DNA from: an uncultured Thermoplasmatales archaeon
Lineage (GTDB): Archaea > Thermoplasmatota > E2 > UBA202 > DSCA01
Assembly (NCBI GenBank): GCA_964414415.1
Contig: CAYPWJ010000001.1
Location: 138,701-202,700, forward strand
DNA: 64,000 nucleotides
Direction: 5' to 3'
Shown here: positions 59,351-64,000 of the stretch, piece after piece
Numbering within the stretch: the first letter of the stretch is position 1
Layout: every line of letters starts with the position of its first letter
Notes under the pieces: model-generated
What the model saw: only the letters and a program-made list of their open reading frames with translations
Told to the model about the DNA's origin: nothing
Databases searched by the model: none
Position numbers and translations under genes: made by a program

Positions 59351-60380
59351 TACCATGCTCGGGAGACTGAAGGAAGAGATGGACAAGGGGCTGTTTATTC
59401 CGCTGCCGATGCTGAGAAACCTCCTAGGCGCCGTCGGTCCACTTGCGTTTGTTCTGGCCAAGCATCCACGGGCTACCCTGGCAAATGTTCCAGTGTGGAT
59501 GAAGCGCCTTCGCCGATCACAGCCACCGTGGGCGCATCTGGACGACGAGGATACATATGACGCGCGGCAGCTGCTGTCATCAGAGGACTACGAGCGTATG
59601 CCGTCCGTCCGGACAGAGAAGTATCTGCGGCCGACACGGCTCTGCGAGAGCGATGCGCCGGAGATACGGGCGATGGCCGGGAAGCTCGGCGCAGGTGAAA
59701 AAAGCGACCTGAAGTATAGCCGGGCTGTATACGAGTTCGTGAAAAATGAGAAAAAGCTGGTGTTCAAGCCGATGCGCGGCGCCCTAGGCACCTTCTGCAG
59801 CAAGGGAGGCGTCTGTCTCGACCAGCTCTCTCTCATGACCGCGCTTTTACGGGCTGGGGGTGTATCCGCTCGGTATCGCCTGTATGCGCTCTCTCCGACT
59901 GAGCAGTTTTACGATACGGTCATCAAGGATGATCCGCTGCTCCGTGAGACGCTCGAGATGCTGGGTTTCCTTGACTCCCTCCATGGAGAGACGGAGGCGC
60001 TGGTGGACGGAAAATGGATTGCGCTGGACGCAACGTTTTCCGACGAGCTTGAGGCGGGGATGGGGCTACCCATTACATCGTTCGGCGAGGAACCCATGTG
60101 GCGGGATCGGGTCCTGACCACGGACATCAGATTTGAGGGATTCCCGATATTGTTCAGACATCTGCTTGTTCCGATCCTGTTTGCACTGCGGAGCACCGTC
60201 GACGTGGTGAACACGAAGCTCGATATGCTGCGGGCGCAGGGGATGGAGACCATCGACCGGCTGGGCCGGGATGGGTACAACGAGCAACAGTCCGGCACCC
60301 AGATTGAGCTGCCGTCGATGGAGGAAGCCGAGGCGTTCAGGAACGGAGGGAAAATGACGGTTGACGCCGAAGCCGTGTAA
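59331..60380 (+). CDS. transglutaminase-like superfamily protein (paralogue of 44052..45041)
   Basis: Core GALGTFCSKGGVCLDQLSLMTALLRAGGVSARYRLYA. 20-nt overlap with the upstream adenylating enzyme. Confidence 0.7.
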   Translation: MPRSCGDTMLGRLKEEMDKGLFIPLPMLRNLLGAVGPLAFVLAKHPRATLANVPVWMKRLRRSQPPWAHLDDEDTYDARQLLSSEDYERMPSVRTEKYLRPTRLCESDAPEIRAMAGKLGAGEKSDLKYSRAVYEFVKNEKKLVFKPMRGALGTFCSKGGVCLDQLSLMTALLRAGGVSARYRLYALSPTEQFYDTVIKDDPLLRETLEMLGFLDSLHGETEALVDGKWIALDATFSDELEAGMGLPITSFGEEPMWRDRVLTTDIRFEGFPILFRHLLVPILFALRSTVDVVNTKLDMLRAQGMETIDRLGRDGYNEQQSGTQIELPSMEEAEAFRNGGKMTVDAEAV

Positions 60381-60400
60381 GCCGCGGGGTGCTGCCTCCT

Positions 60401-60943
60401 TTACAGGAACCCTCGCTTGTCGAGCTCCTCGGTGATGACGTCCACGGCTCGCTCGACGTCCTTGCGTCGCTTGGCGCCGGTGCAGACGATTTTACCGGAG
60501 CCAAAAAACAGGAATACGACGTTTGGGTCACGGAGCCGGTACACCATACCCGGGAATATTTCGGGTTCGTATTCGATGTTTTCGAGACCGAGCGCCAGAG
60601 ACAGCTCGAGCAGATTGAGGTGCACGTGCAGGTCGACCGAGGCGACGATGTTCTGTATGTTGACCTCGGGCTTGATGACGTCGAATCCCAGGTCCTTCAT
60701 CTTGGGGTAGAGCTTGCCGACTGCCGTCTCGATGTCTTCCTTGTTGCGTGCACCGGTGCAGATGACTCTGCCGCTCTTGAACAGCAGAAACGCGATTTTC
60801 GGTTCCTTGATGTGGTAGACAAGCCCCGGAAACTGCTCGGGGTTATACTTGGTGTCGTCGAGCGCCTCGTCGATCTTGTCCAGGTCCAGTTCCTCTGCTA
60901 TCACGGTCGATGCGACCATATTCTGTATCTTAATGTCAGCCAT
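60401..60943 (-). CDS. tbp: TATA-box-binding protein
   Basis: Two TBP repeats (IQNMVAS..., IQNIVAS...) and acidic tail. Start at Met55 of ORF 60401..61105. Confidence 0.95.
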   Translation of the reverse strand: MADIKIQNMVASTVIAEELDLDKIDEALDDTKYNPEQFPGLVYHIKEPKIAFLLFKSGRVICTGARNKEDIETAVGKLYPKMKDLGFDVIKPEVNIQNIVASVDLHVHLNLLELSLALGLENIEYEPEIFPGMVYRLRDPNVVFLFFGSGKIVCTGAKRRKDVERAVDVITEELDKRGFL

Positions 60944-61029
60944 TTTTTCCACCTTTTTATACCTTTTATATGCTTTTATATATGCAACAGGGGGCACATA
61001 AACTTTTTGGCCCTCACGCTGCGAATGGA

Positions 61030-61431
61030 CTACCCTGTCGGCTTGAACTTGTATCCGTAGTGAATGGCACCCGCCTTTCCGTCCTGGTAGATGCGCCGGA
61101 AGCACGCCTCAACCTGCATGCCGATTGACACCTCGTCAGGGTCAGCATCCACGATTTGCGCCGTCAGATAGGGACCCTCATCCATCCTGATGAGAGCGAT
61201 GACATACGGTTCTTCCTTCTCGAAATGCGGCGGGGGTGCATTGATGACGGTGTAGCTCTCAACCACACCGATACCCTCGAGTTTGTAGTCCTCCATGTTG
61301 CCGACCGATGCACGTCTGCATTCAGGACACATCGACCGGGGCGGAAAGTACACCGTGCCACAGGCACCGCACTTCGTGCCGATGAGATTATATCGCTGCG
61401 GTATCTCTCTCCAATACCGTGGCACACCCAT
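61030..61431 (-). CDS. DUF35 OB-fold/zinc-ribbon protein (thiolase/HMGCS-associated scaffold)
   Basis: Zn ribbon CGACGTVYFPPRSMCPECR plus OB fold. Confidence 0.85.
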   Translation of the reverse strand: MGVPRYWREIPQRYNLIGTKCGACGTVYFPPRSMCPECRRASVGNMEDYKLEGIGVVESYTVINAPPPHFEKEEPYVIALIRMDEGPYLTAQIVDADPDEVSIGMQVEACFRRIYQDGKAGAIHYGYKFKPTG

Positions 61432-62597
61432 TATATCGCCTCCAATATGTGGATGACGGCTGTTCCGCCGGAGCCACCGACGTTATGCGTCAACCCGAGC
61501 GCTGCATCGTCAACCTGGCGTTTGTCGGCTTGGGCGCGGAGCTGCAACATCAACTCGTGTATCTGCGCGATACCGGTCGCACCGACGGGATGTCCCTTCG
61601 ACTTGAGGCCCCCTGACGTGTTCACGGGGAGCTCGCCGTCCAGCGTCGTCAGCCCATCGTCAATGGCACGGCCGCCTTCGCCCTTCTCGACGAAGCCGAG
61701 ATCCTCGATGGCCATGATCTCCGCGATGGTAAAGCAGTCATGCACCTCTGCCACGTCGACATCTGCCGGCGATACACCGGCTCGTCGGTAGGCCCGACGG
61801 GATGCCGTCATCGCTGCAGGAATGCCATCAAAGCGGCTGCGCTCGCTCAGGGAAACGCTGTCCGCAGCCGTCTCGGAGGCAGCTATCCTGACCGGCTCGT
61901 CGGTGAACTCCTTTGCCTTGTCCATCGACGAGATGACGACGGCGCCGGCACCATCGGTGATGGGGCTGCAATCCAGCAGATGCAACGGGTCGGCTACAAT
62001 GGTGGAGTTGAGCACAGCCTCCACGGATACCTCCTTCCGGTACTGCGCCTTCGGGTTCAACGTGCCGTTGTGATGGTTTTTAACCGCGACCTGCGCCAGC
62101 TGCTCCTCCGTCGTGCCATATTTATGCATGTGGTAGCGGGCCATCAGCGCGTACAGACCGGGAAACGTGACGCCGAAGAATGCCTCCCATTCCCGGTTTG
62201 CCGCCGAAGCCAGAATGTTGGTCGCCTCGGTGCCGGCGACATCGGTCATTTTTTCTGCGCCGCCGACGACGACCACGTCGTACATACCCGACGCGACAGC
62301 CAGATACCCGTTGTGGAGCGCCAGGCTGCCCGATGCACAGGCCGCTTCGACGCGCGTCGAGGGGATGTGCAGTTCGCTCAAGCCTGAAACCTCTGCGGCG
62401 AGCGAGCCGAGATGCTCCTGCCCGACGAAGCGCCCGGCAGACATGCCGCCGATGTACATCGCCTCTATGTCTTCGCCCTCGATGCCGGCATCCATGATCG
62501 CTGAGATGCCCGCCTCGGCGACAAGGTCAGCGAGCGATTGCTCCCAAAGTTCACCAAACTGGGTAAGGCCGCCACCGATAAGTGCTACGTCTCTCAT
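61431..62597 (-). CDS. acetyl-CoA C-acetyltransferase (archaeal thiolase)
   Basis: Thiolase fold. 388 aa. Coupled to the DUF35 and HMGCS genes. Confidence 0.9.
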   Translation of the reverse strand: MRDVALIGGGLTQFGELWEQSLADLVAEAGISAIMDAGIEGEDIEAMYIGGMSAGRFVGQEHLGSLAAEVSGLSELHIPSTRVEAACASGSLALHNGYLAVASGMYDVVVVGGAEKMTDVAGTEATNILASAANREWEAFFGVTFPGLYALMARYHMHKYGTTEEQLAQVAVKNHHNGTLNPKAQYRKEVSVEAVLNSTIVADPLHLLDCSPITDGAGAVVISSMDKAKEFTDEPVRIAASETAADSVSLSERSRFDGIPAAMTASRRAYRRAGVSPADVDVAEVHDCFTIAEIMAIEDLGFVEKGEGGRAIDDGLTTLDGELPVNTSGGLKSKGHPVGATGIAQIHELMLQLRAQADKRQVDDAALGLTHNVGGSGGTAVIHILEAI

Positions 62598-63625
62598 GCA
62601 AACTCACCCCTATGTTTCATGTACATGCCATAGTCAAGGTATTCAGTATCCTCCAGCATCGCACGGATGTCGTTCCGCTCGTAGTCCTCAATGCCACCGG
62701 TAACAGTGATGTCGAATGAATCTGAGCCGGCACCGGAGCCATAGGAGGTCGCAAGGATGCGGTCCCCCGGCTCGGCGACGTCAAGGACGGCTGACAGCCC
62801 CAGCGGCGTCGACCCGGAATAGGTGTTGCCGATATGCGGGCACAGCAGCCCCTCCTCTATCTGCTCCTGAGAGAAACCAAGCTTGCCGGCCACCCGGGTA
62901 GGGAACTTGCCGTTCGGCTGATGGAAGACCGCGTAGTCATAGTCAGCGGGCTCGGTGCCCATCTGCTCCATGAGTCGCTCCGTCGCCGCCATCACGTGCC
63001 GGAAATAAGCCGGTTTGCCGGTAAAGCGGCCACCGTGACCGGGATAGGGCTCGCCTTCACGGCGCCAGAAGTCAGGTGTATCGGTGGTAAAGGAAAGCGT
63101 CTTGTTGACCTCGGCGATGAGGTTGTCGCAGCCAAGGATAAATGCAGCGCCGCCGGCAGCGGCTGCATATTCCAGCGCGTCTCCTGGAGCGGCCTGCGAG
63201 ACGTCGGCGCCGATGGCCATGCCGTAGGTTATCATGTCCGCCTTGGCCAGCGCCAGGCAGTTCTGCATCGCCGCCGTGCCGGCCTTGCAGGCAAACTCGT
63301 AATCAGCTGCTGTCAGATCCGGGGTAGCCTGGACCGCCTCAGCGACGATGGTGGCGGTGGGCTTGACAGCATATGGATGGGATTCAGAGCCGACGTACAG
63401 GGCACCGACATCTCGTGCGTCGATACCCGACAGCCGGACGGCCCGCCGTGCCGCCTCGACCGAGATGGTGGCGGTGTCCTCGTCGAGTGCGGGCACCGAT
63501 TTTTCGTGGACCATCAGACCGGCGGCAACCGCCGCCCCGTCTCGTCCCCACATACGAGCGATTTCACCTGTTTTTATTCTATATCTGGGAACATACGCCC
63601 CATAACCGACAATGCCAGCTTTCAT
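62594..63625 (-). CDS. hydroxymethylglutaryl-CoA synthase
   Basis: Archaeal HMGCS (thiolase-like; [17 protein letters not shown]...). 4-nt overlap with the thiolase gene. Confidence 0.9.
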   Translation of the reverse strand: MKAGIVGYGAYVPRYRIKTGEIARMWGRDGAAVAAGLMVHEKSVPALDEDTATISVEAARRAVRLSGIDARDVGALYVGSESHPYAVKPTATIVAEAVQATPDLTAADYEFACKAGTAAMQNCLALAKADMITYGMAIGADVSQAAPGDALEYAAAAGGAAFILGCDNLIAEVNKTLSFTTDTPDFWRREGEPYPGHGGRFTGKPAYFRHVMAATERLMEQMGTEPADYDYAVFHQPNGKFPTRVAGKLGFSQEQIEEGLLCPHIGNTYSGSTPLGLSAVLDVAEPGDRILATSYGSGAGSDSFDITVTGGIEDYERNDIRAMLEDTEYLDYGMYMKHRGEFA

Positions 63626-63683
63626 AAGCTCGCCTCTGCCCCCACATGGGCTCTTCGTATTTAAACGTGACGCTCACAGGCGG

Positions 63684-63953
63684 CTACCGGCCTCGGGGCT
63701 CCTGCCCCGCCTGTAGATGCTCGACCGGTACCACGGTATGTGTTTTGGTGTCCGCGACGCCTTCGATGGGACGGATGCGGTTGAGCACCACCCCGGCCAG
63801 CTCCTCCTCGCTCTGCACCTCGACCTTCGCGATGATGTCATACGGGCCAAAAAGAGAATACAGCTCCGTGACCTCGTCGATGGTAGACAACGCCTCCTTT
63901 GTCTCCTGCTCCTCCGTCGGCACAATCGAAATGAGGACGTATCCGGCTGTCAT
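63684..63953 (-). CDS. stand-alone Lrp/AsnC C-terminal (RAM) domain protein
   Basis: 89 aa, beta-alpha-beta-beta-alpha-beta regulatory-domain pattern. Related to the 15852..16088 product. Confidence 0.55.
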   Translation of the reverse strand: MTAGYVLISIVPTEEQETKEALSTIDEVTELYSLFGPYDIIAKVEVQSEEELAGVVLNRIRPIEGVADTKTHTVVPVEHLQAGQEPRGR

Positions 63954-64000
63954 ATATCGATATGCGCTATCTGGTTATATTGCTTGCCCCCGCAGGAGAG

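Overview
This 64 kb window is dense, high-GC (about 60-65%) archaeal chromosome. Gene content (radA/radB, aIF-5A, TBP, Sm, L15e, Csl4-RpoL-TruD, PGF-CTERM sorting signals, GGR, HMGCS/thiolase/DUF35) suggests a euryarchaeon, possibly an uncultured Thermoplasmatota-like lineage. I could not assign it further.

Most of the window is housekeeping: radB (5' partial), trm5, radA, hypE, a complete group 3b sulfhydrogenase-type [NiFe] hydrogenase operon (hydB-hydG-hydD-hydA plus maturation protease), purH, an aTrm56-HD fusion, pdxT, aIF-5A, an HDAC-like deacetylase, queF, pyrG, valS, iscU/iscS, L15e, an Sm protein, a YchF-like GTPase, GGR, pth2, leuCD, a MtaB-like methylthiotransferase, csl4-rpoL-truD, a histidine kinase/response regulator pair, TBP, and a thiolase/HMG-CoA synthase/DUF35 mevalonate cluster.

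The features that stand out:
1. An ISH3/IS4-like insertion sequence (29155..30690) with 18-bp imperfect inverted repeats and a 5-bp CATGT target duplication that cleanly disrupts nadA.
2. A minus-strand cluster at 39.5-46.0 kb that drops to about 45-55% GC. It holds a radical SAM/SPASM enzyme with a ~105-aa N-terminal extension next to an HTH regulator whose promoter carries palindromic operator-like repeats, a DUF4870 membrane protein, three PGF-CTERM proteins (one a minimal 65-aa Asp/Gly/Thr-rich peptide, one a large BNR-repeat surface protein), and a transglutaminase-like protein.
3. A second transglutaminase-like paralog (59331..60380) translationally coupled to a LuxE/PaaK-like adenylate-forming enzyme, immediately downstream of the two-component system.
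4. A small redox/arsenic cluster (C_GCAxxG_C_C protein, ArsC, a tautomerase, and a protein with a duplicated novel Cys4 module).

No rRNA, tRNA or CRISPR was recognised. Many long ORFs in the track are antisense artefacts of high-GC coding DNA.
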